A stretch of DNA of 63,451 bases, the filler included, from Choristocarpus tenellus KU-1152 (taxonomy: Eukaryota > Protista > Phaeophyceae): assembly GCA_964200185.2 (NCBI GenBank). It is 10 parts of 10 records of this genome, joined end to end, with 100 filler letters (N's around TTAATTAATTAA, not from the genome) between each part and the next. Parts side by side here need not be neighbours in the genome. Positions count along the whole stretch, not along the records: positions 36,528 to 40,782 come from CAXNAD020015461.1; positions 40,883 to 43,635 come from CAXNAD020025040.1; positions 43,736 to 46,319 come from CAXNAD020026544.1; positions 46,420 to 58,961 come from CAXNAD020001801.1; 6 more parts are not named here. One strand, written 5' to 3'. Each line of letters starts with the position of its first letter. Position 1 is the stretch's first letter. Shown here in pieces: positions 40,380 to 53,100 of this stretch. The notes under the pieces are model-generated. The model ran no database searches. It was given only the letters and a program-made list of their open reading frames with translations, and was not told the origin of the DNA. The position numbers were made by a program, and so were the translations under genes.

Positions 40380-40590
40380 TTGTCTGTTCGGGGCTTATGT
40401 TTCTTTATGCCCTTTTTCGCTTTTCTGTGTGAAAACGGTTACCTAAAATGTAAAGGACTTTGAAAGCTGTGTCCGGACCAAGGATATTGACACTTGCTAA
40501 CAAGCACGATAACCAAAATCCAACAAAATCACAGCGTTGGATCTATGATCCCAAACGGACGTGGCCCTACCCTCTCAAGTGCTTTGACTC
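40380..40590 (-). mobile_element. MITE family B, degenerate copy
   Basis: GTGTCCGGACCAAGGATATTGACACTT...CCCAAACGGACGTGGCCCTACCCTCTCAAGTGCTTTGACTC; start approximate. Confidence 0.7.
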
Positions 40591-40911
40591 TCTGCACTTG
40601 TGCTAGTTACCATTATACTTCAATAATTATGAAGCATATAATCTAACATTCTCCACCCACATACCCTTCAAAAAGGGAGGTTGGCTGCCCACTTGATCCT
40701 TGCTGTGTTCTTGAGCGTTCTGACTGCTTTCTTGTCCGCTGGATGCACCAACCCCAGACAGAACACCGAGCAGGGAGAGGACNNNNNNNNNNNNNNNNNN
40801 NNNNNNNNNNNNNNNNNNNNNNNNNNTTAATTAATTAANNNNNNNNNNNNNNNNNNNNNNNNNNNNNNNNNNNNNNNNNNNNGGGGGGGGGGAAGGGGGG
40901 GGAAGAAAGGG

Positions 40912-41095
40912 GGTCACCAAAAGAGGGGGGGGGGGGGGGGGGGTCTACACCAGGGTGTCCTTTTGGACCAAAATTAGGAAAAGTGCATTTGCATTATCCA
41001 TCCGACGTATGGAACCAAATCACCCAAAAATCGCGACATGAAAAAATTGACCCAAAAATGAACAGCCGCCACCCCACCCCTAGATACTTTGAGCC
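40912..41095 (+). mobile_element. MITE family A, near-full copy at contig start
   Basis: GGTCTACACCAGGGTGTCC...CCCTAGATACTTTGAGCC. Confidence 0.85.
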
Positions 41096-41099
41096 ATTA

Positions 41100-41545
41100 A
41101 GGGAATATTCATTGGGGGAGAGGCTTTGCATGGGGAAGAAATCTTGTCAAAAGTAAGTCCGAATTTGAGATAAGCCAACAGCCGAGGGGACCATTGAACA
41201 CTTCAAGCCCAGGTTGGTTGCACGGTGCTTCACTCAATGAGAGTGTGTGGGATACTTCAACAAGTTCAACCCAGTGGATTATATAATCGGGACAGTGCTG
41301 GTGATAGCAACAGCTCTGTGAGAAAACCAGATCACACTGCTTCATCACCACGCAGGCGGCACTGGAAGGGACTACAACATATGTTGCATTATGTTACAGG
41401 CTCCACCAATGTGAGGATACACTATCCCACTGAAGGAGAGAGACAACAAAGGTCTCATAAGGTATGAGTACTTGGACTGGGTGAACAATCCTGTATCGAG
41501 ATGGAGTGTCAGAGGAAATCTACTCCTATCCAATGAAAGAATGAA
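41100..41545 (+). mobile_element. Ty1/copia retrotransposon relic (RT N-terminus, RT C-terminus and RNase H start; internally deleted)
   Basis: TIEHFKPRLVARCFTQ*ECVGYFNKFNPV (cf. RYKARLVA.G.TQ..G.DY.ETFSPV), PRRRHWKGLQHMLHYVTGS (cf. HW.A.KR.LRYL.GT), GLIRYEYLDWVNNPVSRWSVRG (cf. GY.D.DWA....R.S.SG). Confidence 0.8.
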
Positions 41546-41914
41546 ACACCGTGAGATTGTCTGACGGGCAAAACCTTTAATTATGATAGGCTCTGGGCCT
41601 GGGGGAGTGAATGTTACGTCCACCAAGAGACACAGCAGAGGGGAGTTGGTTCAAAATTTCACCCATACCCCAAATTAGGGATTGTCATGGGACACGATCG
41701 TACGTAACTGTGTTGGTACATCTGAAGAAGCAGATAGAAGACTTTATAGACACTGTATTGATAAAATTAATGTAGTGTGCGAGAGTTGAACCAATCTATG
41801 TTCTTTTACTTCCACTCCCATCGGGGAGTGTGCAGAATAAGATACAAATTAGTGTGAAATTATCTTAGGAATGGGAATATATGCCACCATTTACTTGGGC
41901 TTGGTTAGGAGTTT

Positions 41915-42500
41915 CGACGTTTGCATGTGTCGGATTTCAAATGTGTTTAAACAGGCTTATGTCGACGTGTATGTTGGTTGTACAGTTAGGATGAAGAATG
42001 AGAGATGCGCCATTGGTTGTTTCAGGGCTAGTTATTGGTTTGTTGGTTGCATGAGTGGGATTTGGTCCGCACATAAAGAGGGCTGTCGGTTAGGGTGTAT
42101 TTTCCCTGTATTAGCACGAGGAACTGAAAAAAAGGTCATGGACTGTTTCGAGGTTAGTTTTTTCGTTGGTTAGTTTTTTCGTTTATTAGCTTGCATGAGT
42201 CGTGTCTGGTATGTACACAAAGAGGACTGTCAGTTAGAGCAGGCCTGTTGTCCTGGTGTGTGCACGAGGAATTAAAAAATAATCCATGTACTGTTTTAGA
42301 TTTAGTATTTCGTTTATTTGCTTGCATGTGTCGAATTTAGTATGACACAAACGGGGTTGTCGCTCAGGGTGTTAGGGTTAAAGTTGTTAGCATGAACGAA
42401 GGGAGAAGGATCAGGCTTTACTGTCGGATTAGTGACTTGTTTCTTTGATGTATTGTGTCGACGGATTCTGGATGTGTTCACAAAAGCTTATTATTGGTCA
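41915..42500. repeat. Degenerate ~130-bp tandem repeat, 4-5 copies
   Basis: Anchor TTGCATG(A/T)GT at ~41921, 42047, 42191 and 42322; shared AAAGAGG.CTGTC.GTTAG and GCACGAGGAA. Confidence 0.7.
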
Positions 42501-43410
42501 AGGTCTATTGTCGTACGTTTCGCTGGAAGTATCTCAAGATATACAACCCTTGATTCTGGGTTAGGGTTAGTGGGTTGAATAAATCCTTATGAGGTAGGGT
42601 TGGTTTGGTGTAAGCAGGGTCGATGATGGCACTGGTTCGTAATTCAAGTAAGACTCTTGTCTATTTTAGGTTGGCACGGGATGCAGATGGACTCAGTGTA
42701 AGTGTTAGGGTAAGGATATGGTTAAGTGTTGGTGTGCGGGGGTGGTGATCCAGGACATTCGTCGAGTTCATGGCACGTGTTTGGAGTAGGCTCAGGGTTG
42801 ATGTTGTGATTCGGAGCATCGGGCGTTGAAATCGGTATATGATCGTCCAAGGTTTGAAGGAGGATGAGATCGGCCCTCGTTTGTCGACACTTGGACAATG
42901 CATGAGATGGTGCATAGAGTATTGAGAAGCAGGGGGGAGGTAGGTAGTAGGGTTCACGGAATAATTAGCGGCTGGTAAGAAGACAACGTATCCATCACAG
43001 GCCTTGGCGAATTGATGGGAAACTTAGTGGAAAAGATGGAGAAGAGTTGTTTAAAAAATGTTTTGTATTTTGGTAGCCTGAACCTTGTACTGGACACTCT
43101 CCGTTAAACAAATAAGAACACAGGTCTAATCCTCAAGACGAGTATCATGTATGATACACTGACACCTCTGACTGATAGCAATGTATCCGATACCACTGTG
43201 TAAATGCATAACCCATCGAATGGAAACTGCATGAACATGGTAGTCGGACACCAAGGCAGGGTACACTAATGCACGAATCAGACACAAGTAACTCGATCCG
43301 TACTTTAACAAAAAAACTGAAACGACTGAAGCCCTATTTCAACTAGTGGGCGGATTCGAAATGGCATTCCTCACCTTTCTCCCACCACTCTACAAGCTTC
43401 GGGTATGCCT

Positions 43411-43589
43411 GGCTCAAAGTATCTGGGAGGGGGTGACGGCTGTCCATTTGGGGCCAAGTTTTTCATCTTGCAATTTTTGGGTGATTTGGTTGCATATGTC
43501 GGATGGATAATGTAAGTGCGCTTTTCCTAGTTATGACCCAAATGGACACCCTGGCGCAGACCCTCCCCCCCCCCCCAGATAGTTGGTTC
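43411..43589 (-). mobile_element. MITE family A, full copy
   Basis: GGCTCAAAGTATCTGGGAGGGGG...CCCCAGATAGTTGGTTC; flanks CCT/CCT. Confidence 0.85.
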
Positions 43590-44292
43590 CCTCGGTTAGA
43601 AGGTGCCAGAGGTTTAGGAGGCACGTGGAGTACCTNNNNNNNNNNNNNNNNNNNNNNNNNNNNNNNNNNNNNNNNNNNNTTAATTAATTAANNNNNNNNN
43701 NNNNNNNNNNNNNNNNNNNNNNNNNNNNNNNNNNNGTGTGTCTATACATGTAGAGCATTGCAGTGATGTCACAACTAGAAACCTTATTTCATTGGCTGTG
43801 GTCTAGAATGTGTAAGTGCAATGCCCATTTGCTGCTTCTCTGGTGTACCCTTTGTATTCTCTTTCCCAACATGGACCCAAGGTAACTGATGATCAAGGCG
43901 AAGCTGCTTGTTCTCTGCACATGTGTGCAGGACTAGCATCATCCCATATATGCGAAATTGTGTAGCAAATATTTACCAATACTTTGGTGACACACAAGCC
44001 ACAACTAACCGAGCAATGGTGTGGTATTTGCTCCCCACAGCAGTCACAACCATTGTAGGATCCTCATTTTCCGTGGGCAGTGGTCCTACCTGGTCACCTA
44101 CCGTGGGACTGAGAGACAAGCCAACTGAGAGGTACGCTGCTGGGTTGCATTTTAAGAATCTGGAAAAAGGACAAAACAATGTCATTTTGTACGATTGCAG
44201 AAGGAGCCTTTGGTGAATTGTGGGGTGACCTCGTGAGCGGAAAGTAGAGAGATCAACCTTACACTATCGTGAACATAAACCAATGGAATAGA

Positions 44293-44416
44293 GACCCAAA
44301 GTATCCGGGTGGGGAAAAGTTTCGAAGTAGGTTCAATGTCACAAAATATCCGTGGGAAGCCAAGCCTCAAATGGATAAACAGGACAAACCTCCTACCCTC
44401 TAAATTACTTTGAGTC
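44293..44416 (+). mobile_element. Chimeric mini-MITE (A-type left end, B-type right half)
   Basis: GACCCAAAGTATCCGGGTGGGG joined to GGGAAGCCAAGCCTCAAATGGATAAACAGG...CCCTCTAAATTACTTTGAGTC. Confidence 0.65.
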
Positions 44417-45794
44417 CCAAGTTGACTTAGCAATAGGATATTGAGCAAATTGATACATCTGAACTTGAGCATATTGCACAAGGCGTCTTCATAGTTGTAC
44501 ACGCACTGCACTCAAGGACCACCCACCTCTCCTGATGGTGCCAGGATCATACCATGCATGCCGCAGAAGCAAAGCCCAAGAAGCAGGATAAATGCCAGAG
44601 TCAAGGCCCGACTGAGGTGAGGCTCAACTCCTTCAAACACCAAACCCTGTCAGAAAAAGTTTGAAGTCAGAATCACAGCAGATGGTGAAAATGACGAGTG
44701 TGATAGATGACCAAGAAAAATGTGTACTCTTGAATCTTCATTGTCTTTGTACCCCAGGTCCAGAGTTCAGCTGCGGTATTGTCTGAAACTTGGCCAGGAC
44801 AACAGAAAGGGTTTGACAAGTCTTTCTCAAAACGCTGGGTCCTTGAGATTGTCGGCAGACGCCTTGTGCTGGTATGTTACCCGTGTTCTGCCTGCAACAA
44901 CCTCAGAGAAGTTATGATCAGGTTGGTACCTGATAACGAACTCATCCCAACCACAATGCTGTCGAAAATTATCCTCATCTGACTGGCGTCCTTGATTGAG
45001 AAAGGAGCATGTTGAAAGATTTATTCAGTCAAAAAAATTAAGAGGATCATTACATCATCTTGATCTGAAGAAAGGGTACAACACAGCAACATCAATGGAA
45101 CATAGACCACATTCCCACCTCCCCTTTTGTGCTGACATCAATGAGTTGTTAGGTCCCACACCTCCTGTCGTCAATGTTTTCAACATGGAGAAGGTTTGAT
45201 GAAGTTTATTCGTAACCCCTACGTACCCACATGACATTACGTGACACCCTTGTATCGTACACCACTACGGATTCTGGGTGAAGATAAAACAAGAAAAAGA
45301 ACCCTTGAAGACTGCTAAACATGTTTCATTTCCCGCAATCCAGAAAAAAAAGCATAACTGATAATAGACTCACTTATCAAAACCAATTGTCACAGGCGAT
45401 ATGTCTTGATGGCGGTTTCATAAACACTATTATGACATTGAAGTTCTATATTTGATATATTTGATCTTCTTGATTAATTGTTTATTATTTGGTCATTATG
45501 GTACCCGATTGTGATAAGACATCGTTGATCAGTTCCTTTTTATATGATGATATTGACGATAATCCAAGTGAGATATCCAGCATACTTGACGACTTGTGCA
45601 TCAGTAGTCCTATACGTACACCAGCATCATCTATAAGACCATAGATTGGAGCTATACATCCTGTGGAGGTGAGCTCTGAGGGGCGCCTATAACATGGAGG
45701 TCCTACCGAGACTGGAGGTCCTACCGCCTTTCTTCAAACTGGAGAGACTACCCAGTCTTCACCTCAACACTTGGGACTTTTTGTAGCTTCCCAT

Positions 45795-45870
45795 GCCCGC
45801 CTGGATTCCATTCTTGTTCCACCTGGATTGTTTTCTTGTTCCACCTGGATTCCTTTCTTGTTCCACCTGG
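45795..45870. repeat. ~21-bp tandem repeat (CCACCTGGATT..TTCTTGTT) x3-4
   Basis: Direct reading. Confidence 0.75.
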
Positions 45871-46143
45871 GTTTGTGGTCTTCTTTCGTCGTCTACAGGA
45901 TTCCCTCCTTGAGCTCATCGTCTTCATGGGTGTGAGGGTTTCTGTGGCTCTGAGGGAATCGCCCCTCTCTAGCTGTAAAAAGAGTGGTCTTCGATCGCCA
46001 CATCATCCACCTATAGTCGTGAACGAGTGGTTTTCGATCACCATACTATAGACGTTGCCTAGGTAGTTCTTCCTTGCCATTCGTACACTCCCATTCCCGA
46101 TCTGTTTTTCGTGTATTACACTGCTCTTTTATCCCGCAGGTTT

Positions 46144-46268
46144 AGTCGGAGCTGGAGTCCCTAGGTCGCAAAAAAAAAACTGGCGGAGTGCGAACGAAGT
46201 CAGAACTGGAGCCCCTAGGTTGCAAAAATAAAACTGGCAAGAGTCGGAACTGGAGCCCCTATGTCGCC
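46144..46268. repeat. Tandem repeat AGTCGGA(A/G)CTGGAG(C/T)CCCTA.GT x3
   Basis: Copies at ~46144, 46198 and 46242. Confidence 0.75.
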
Positions 46269-46419
46269 ATGTGGCAATTAATACATGCTGCCGCAGCACG
46301 ATTCGAGGTGATAGATGATNNNNNNNNNNNNNNNNNNNNNNNNNNNNNNNNNNNNNNNNNNNNTTAATTAATTAANNNNNNNNNNNNNNNNNNNNNNNNN
46401 NNNNNNNNNNNNNNNNNNN

Positions 46420-46478
46420 CAACATTGTATTTTGACCCCCAAATGAACGCGACTCTACCCTCTAAGATACTTTGGCTC
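46420..46478 (-). mobile_element. MITE family B, terminal fragment at contig start
   Basis: ...CTCTACCCTCTAAGATACTTTGGCTC. Confidence 0.85.
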
Positions 46479-47156
46479 CATTTTTATCTGTCTCACCAAG
46501 TCGGTTGAATCCTTTTGCCCCTGCAACATCTCCTGCCCATTATAATTTTACGATTTAATATCATTATCACCACTGGTACCATCACTCGACAAGGGGAACA
46601 AAGTGGGAACAAAGGGTAAGCCAGAAACAATGTTGATATTCCTTCAATTCGTTTTTTTTTATATGTGTTAAAAATAATGGGATCTGTGTTCATTAATCCT
46701 ACCCAGTGTGCTTTGCTTTTCATGAGAAAAAAACTTGTCAATATGCTGTGGGCTTAGGCACTACAATATTTCTTCTCCATTCAAATCCTAATTCTGCTAC
46801 TCGTAGAACATTATGAGTCAGGTGAAGTCAGGAGTTCACTTGCAGAGTCTTCATGTTCAAAGTATGTATGAGGCCTATCTCCCATGCAATGTTTTACTTT
46901 CCTTGACTATCTGGATATGATCCAGAGTTCAGCATGAATGATCGCTTATGATATGCATAGGAATATATTTAGCTCAATGTGGTGATGTGGTCAAAGTCAG
47001 GATCCTAATCGGCAACCCGCTCTGTCCCTTGACTTTTTCGAATATGCTTTGAAGTATTTGACAATCTGTCACCACGCAAAACTTTCATTTGGTGCTCTGC
47101 AAACGGTATCCCCTCTCTCATGATACCCTTTCCCGTACACTGACTGGCAATAACAG

Positions 47157-50100
47157 ACTAAATGGAAGGCTCGCCTTAAGCACAAGCGTGAGGAAGAAGA
47201 GCGCATCTTGGCTCAGGAGATAGATCAGAGGAAGGCCACCGAAAAGAAGTAAGAGGGGAGCGTAGGAATGGTCTAGAAAAAGACATGTTCCGGTTGCTTT
47301 CCTACATCAAGGGCAGTCAAATACACAAACCAAGCAGGTTGAGAATTTGTGCAACAATGGGGTAATTCGTACCTTCCTCTGCAAGAGGCCTATTTGACAT
47401 CATCTTCAGCCCAAGCATCGCCTTGAAAATACTCAACCACGCAAATCTATCTGTAGACATTCCATCAACCAAGCAGCATGTGCTGTTGTCCAAAGCCATT
47501 ACGGCTCTTTTTCCTTGTCCGCTTCGTGCTGTACGTCCCCTACGTGTAATTTGCCTGTCCTTACCCTGTGCTCATCTTCTGCACTCGGAAAATGCAGTCA
47601 CCATACTCCAACCACTCTGAAGCACAGCATTTGGATCTGACACTGCCGCCCTCTGCCCTATCGTTGACATGTTGTATAATCTTCACAGGAATAGGCTGAA
47701 AGAAATAGATGCCATCAACAAAGAGAATTCTCGGATGGGGCGTAAGCTAGGCGGAATAGTTTCATCGATGGGACGCAAATTTAACATGCTCACAGCATTG
47801 GTAGACCCAGATGCCGTCAACCAGGTGGATGACGACCACCTATCAATCAATGGGGAGGAGGATGAAGAGAAGCAAGTTGAAGAGGTGAGTGCATATTCAG
47901 GAAGAGGCCAAGAATCCTCTCAGAGGATGGATAAAGAGTCGAAGGCTCATGATAATAAAAAGGGAGAGAGGTGAAGTAGAGCAGGGCATGAAGCATCCGA
48001 TGAAGATTTAGAGTTTGCACGTGCTTTTGTAATATTCCCTGCCCCTTTTTGGACAACCTTTCAATTGGATGGAAACAGATTGTTTCCAGAAGCACAATAC
48101 TTTCTGGATATAACTACTCCAACCAGATAAAAGGTTGTACTCTGAGTATAATATAAATTTATTGACCTCCCACTTCACGACATTCGTGGGTAACCGAGAC
48201 TCATAAGATGATAAACAACAAAAAACTCCAATTAAATCCATTTAGAGCTCAGAGATCTTAGGCGCAGCACTGTGTTTCTATTCACATTTGGTGCCTCAAG
48301 AACGGAAGATATTTTGATATGTAAAATGATCAACTGAGAGGTATTCACACATTGCATGGACCCTTGAACCTTCCGTAGATTCTGCCCGAGATTTTTTTTT
48401 CGCGAATGTTCCTGTTGGCCTCCCTTGCACCCACCCCACACACCCGCCTATTGCCTGGGTGATGATCTCACTGACCTTCAGGGTAAGCAGGGCGCATCCC
48501 TTACAACAGACTTGTTGCAACTGGTTAAAGGGGACACTGAGAAAGAGAAAGAGGAGGAGGAAAACCAGGCTGAGACTCTTGCCAACTCCATTCTTAATCA
48601 TCAAACCAACTCCATCATTCAGGTGGGTCTTTGAATATTGCCAATGCGTTTTTGTGCTCATGCGCTACACCACACCCCTCAATGCTCAGATAACTGCATC
48701 CAAGCAGCCATTTAGTGTATGGGGGGTCATGTTCTTTTCGTACTCCTCTCCCTCCATTCTGACAGTTTTACACACTGAATTCTTCCCACGAATCATGCAG
48801 GAGGGGGTGTGCGATCTTCACTTTACAGTTGGCAAGATAGACAAAAGGGCATTCTCTGAGGCACAGTTGTTTCTCAAGAATACCAAGCAAGTGAGTGTGT
48901 AAAATAGGCCGCCGAAACCGAAAGGGACTTGTGTGTGAGTCTCTTCCAGGGAGGAACAATGCTGCTGGGAATTATGATGTACTTGTGTGTCCTATCCAAA
49001 TTATTTGCTTTGTTCATTCCTACTACGTTCTAACTTTTTTTTAATCTTAGTCAAGAGTCAAAGTATCTTAGAGGGTAGAGCCGCATCCATTTGTGGGCCA
49101 AAATCCAATGTTGCATTTTTAATGTAATTTTGACTATCATGTTTGTTAGGAAGTGTCAATATCCTTGCTCCGGACACACCTTTTCGTAAGGTATACATTT
49201 TACCTACTCCGAAACATTTTGGAATAGGTAAAAAGTCCTCAAAAACCTGTGGAATGTCAAGCCCCAAAAGGACAAACAGGGAAAAACTCGTACCACCACC
49301 TATGATATTATGTCGAGAGAGTAATCAAAACATAACATTTTTAATTGTTAGTGTCTCAAATCTTCGACTCTAACTTTAGGGATCAAACAAAATACTGCAA
49401 ATATCTTGTATGCTTCAAAGTTGCCGATATTGTGCGCGCCCTGTGGATGATCTCCACATCAGTTCGGGAAGTTAAAAAGTCCTTCAAAAAAATTTGTTTT
49501 GAAGTGCCTACAGCTTGGTTCCAAGCAACACTTCCCCTACTCTCTGGTGCTAGTTTGTAAGCCCCTACTTTTGGACATTATGTAATTTGGGCCTTTGCTT
49601 CCAGCTATACACAGATTTTCACATCATTATGCTCTTCGCTGTGATATGCTGTGTCATGCTGGTTGGGGATATCTCCTTCCACTCTTCAGCCACACTTTAC
49701 CTGCTTGGAAACGGATCTGAGCGGCAACAAGGAGGCCATGGTGTACTTGTGGAAGAAGATGGGTCAGGGAGACGGGGTCATGATACAAATATCCCTCCAA
49801 ATGGCACCCCCAAACCATTCAAATGCTACTGCTTTTAAGGTGAGGTTTGCACAATGATATTTAACTGCACTTTCACTGAACTACAGTGCTGTATTTCACT
49901 CTGCTTTTGTTGGAAGAGACAGATTTTCAACATCGATCCCAGAATGACAAACTACCAATAGATTTACCAGTGATTAACCCCATTACTCTTCATCAGAGCG
50001 AGCAGAATGTGTGTATGGTTCGTAAAGGAGGTCATGGAGACCTTTCAAAGCTCTTGTTATACTGCTATGATCTTACAGTACCAGGAAGTATCCTATGATC

Positions 50101-53100
50101 TCCCCTTATCTGGTTATGTAACGGCATTTTCTCCTTGCAAACATACATTCTGTCAAATTCACGTTCCACTCATTGTGCTGCAGGTCCGGCAGGAGGGTGC
50201 TGCGGCAAAGTCATGCATTTTAGTAGGTCATGAAAAGATAGATCTTGAGCTTATGTGCAAGGTTCGCAGGTGAGTTCAGTTAGGACTGTAATTGATAGAT
50301 CGAAACTCTGTGGCTGCTTGTTACTTGCACTCTGCCATGCTTGATGTGAAGTGACCAAATATTGATTGGTCACTACAATATTGCTGTAGAAGGGTACCAT
50401 TCAGGGGTACCCACTTACAACCAAGCTGGCTTGATGCAACATCCAACTGCTCCTATCCGTACTTTGTATTTACACTCTGTCCTTTCTCACTATTGCATCC
50501 AAAATTGTTATACCTAGTTGTTCCAGATTTATGATTCAGCCATAGCACAGAACTATGTCATCTCCAGTTATTTATACTGCCATCATAGAGTGCTCACACT
50601 GTGTGCTAGAAGAAGATATTGTGATCAAAACCCATACTTTGACTGGGTGAACCTTTTGCAAACGTTCATAGATGCTCCAACTACCACGACAATACAGCAG
50701 TGTAAGTACTTTGACCCAAAGTAAAGGAAAGGTATCCAGAGTTGCAATTTAAGGGTGCTCACAAATATGTCCAAAATTCGACTTTTTTTTCAAATATGTA
50801 TGCGTAGGAAACTCCCTTCATTGTGTCAGAAAAGTTTTAAACTACAGACAAAAAAGAAGCGCTCTCAAGTCAAACTTAAAACTTCCTCCGTAGAAATATG
50901 GATGAACTGCATCAGATTGAATAAACGGACTCTAAATGCAAAGCGGCCAAAACCTGGGTACCTCTCTGGTTTACTTAGGCTCTTTGATCCTTGTCAACTG
51001 CACACCCCTCGAAGTTACAAAGTGCACTCCATCTGTGCGTGCATTGCATGTGCCTCTCTTTAGCCTTGAAATATCCCCCCATACACTGTTGTACAAATGA
51101 GTGACTAGGCGCACGGAAGAGACTGCTCCCGCAATAGACGATATTGTCATCTCCACTCGCAAGGCAAGTGAGGCTGACCTAATAGAGCGTGAATACGAGC
51201 GCCTTTTGCCCCAGCTGAGACGGATGAGTCTCGCGAAGGTCAGAGGATAACATTGAATACCCCCCAACCACTATACATAGATATATTCAGGATGGGGTTT
51301 CTCCCACCATGCTGACCTTGAGTGGCTCAATCATTGCCTGCAAGGAGACATCGTGCAATGGCGTTGTTTTGCTTTTTTCCTGCTAGTCTCTCCTGCCGTT
51401 GTTTGTCCTCTTTGTTGGGGTAGGTATGAAAACGGAGGTCCAACCACGTCGTTCGTTCTTGATCAGTCTCCTCAAACTTGTGGAGAAAGTAACTTGGGAA
51501 CCAATTCCCAACAACACGCTTCGCTACTGCACATTAGTGTGACTGCAGGAGAGGGAAGGGAGGGGCGTGTGCAAAAAGTACTAAGAAAGGTAGTAGGACA
51601 TTGAGCCACACCTTTTCACTCATCTATGGTTGAATCTCCAGAATTGGGAATAAGTAAGGTTAGCGTGTGCAAGCCTCAGAAGCAAAACACTCTCAAGTAC
51701 CTATTGCAAAGAACAAGAGAGAAGTCAACGAATTGAGACAGGCCCAATAGAACATCAAGCACTTCATTATCGGACTTCTGTGAAGGAGAATCTCACCTCG
51801 CCCATGTGTGGTGTCCATCCATGATCTCCGTCAGGGCTATATATTTATCCACAGGAAGAGCTTCAAGAAACGGCCCAAGCAAGTCAAGTTGGTCAAGTAT
51901 CGTCTCAATGGGAATTTGTGGTTCACCAAACGGACAGCTGTACTCCTCGAGAAATACGCCCTCATCAATGACGAGATCATCGCCATTCACGAATTTTTTG
52001 CGCGAACAGACTTCAAGGCAAGATTTTCGAAGTAGTATTGAAAAGGGGGCATTGGGGATAATAGTAACATGAGATATTTATTGGAAAAAAACCCAAAAAA
52101 GTTCTGTGAGCTGAGCCCTGTTCACCTATGTAGTATCATCTCCATCACACTCTGTTTCTGTGTGTACTTGTGGCCGATACCATGTTCCTGTTGACGTTGG
52201 CTCATTAAATGAAATATTTACAAACACTTTTTCCAGAGAGACCAGAAAGGTAGATGCTGTTGTTGTTGTTATTGTTGTTATCCAGGAGAGCCACTTGGCA
52301 ACAACCCTGCTATTAAAATTGACTACATATAGAATCTGCAACAAAAGCTAGATTCTGTTGAAGATTGAGGAACATATGCTCTAAAGTTTTTTTTAATCAT
52401 ATTTTTCCTCCCTTACACCCCTCATTGATCACCTTGCGACTCAGAACAATGGCACAATGGACATCTACTCCTTCTTCTCGGAGATGAAAGAGCCAGAGAC
52501 TCAGTATGGACTTTGGTTACTGAATGCTGTGGGAGCTCGTGGGAAATTGGAGATCGATTTTGACCAGTACCTTGAGGTTAGCAATCACAGATTCGCAATG
52601 TTCCCACCATTAGTAACGCACATCGATATATCTCGCAGTAGCGAAAATAGAGTCATGACAAGTGACACATCCTGGAGTGGTGTCAACTTGACTATCTTCA
52701 TTATCTTTTTTGGCTTGGAAACAAAGGCGGGGCGAATTTTGGAGACACAACTATAGAGTGATGATGAATTCTGAACCACTAAGAGACGGACTGGATCACC
52801 CAAATGTTTTTGTGTAGTCCAACGGGTGGACATAAGCATATACGAATAGGTTTAGAAGAAGGAGATGATCCTCTAGGAAGGGAAAAGGTGGTTGATAGTC
52901 TTCCCTTTGTGCTTGTGGTATGGGTGAAAGTATCTCAGAGGGTACGGGTTTTCCCATATTTGTCCATTTGCAGCTTGACTTCCCACGGGTTTTTAATATC
53001 ATTTTCCTACCCCTAAATTTTTAGTAGGTGAAATGTGTATGATATTAAAAAGTGTGTCCAGAATAAGGATATCGACAATTCTTAACAAACACGATAGCCA

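Noticed and set aside
24629-47157. Functional gene cluster linking AsnRS, coiled-coil, ARM and EF-hand genes
   Set aside because: The genes lie on different contigs joined by artificial linkers.
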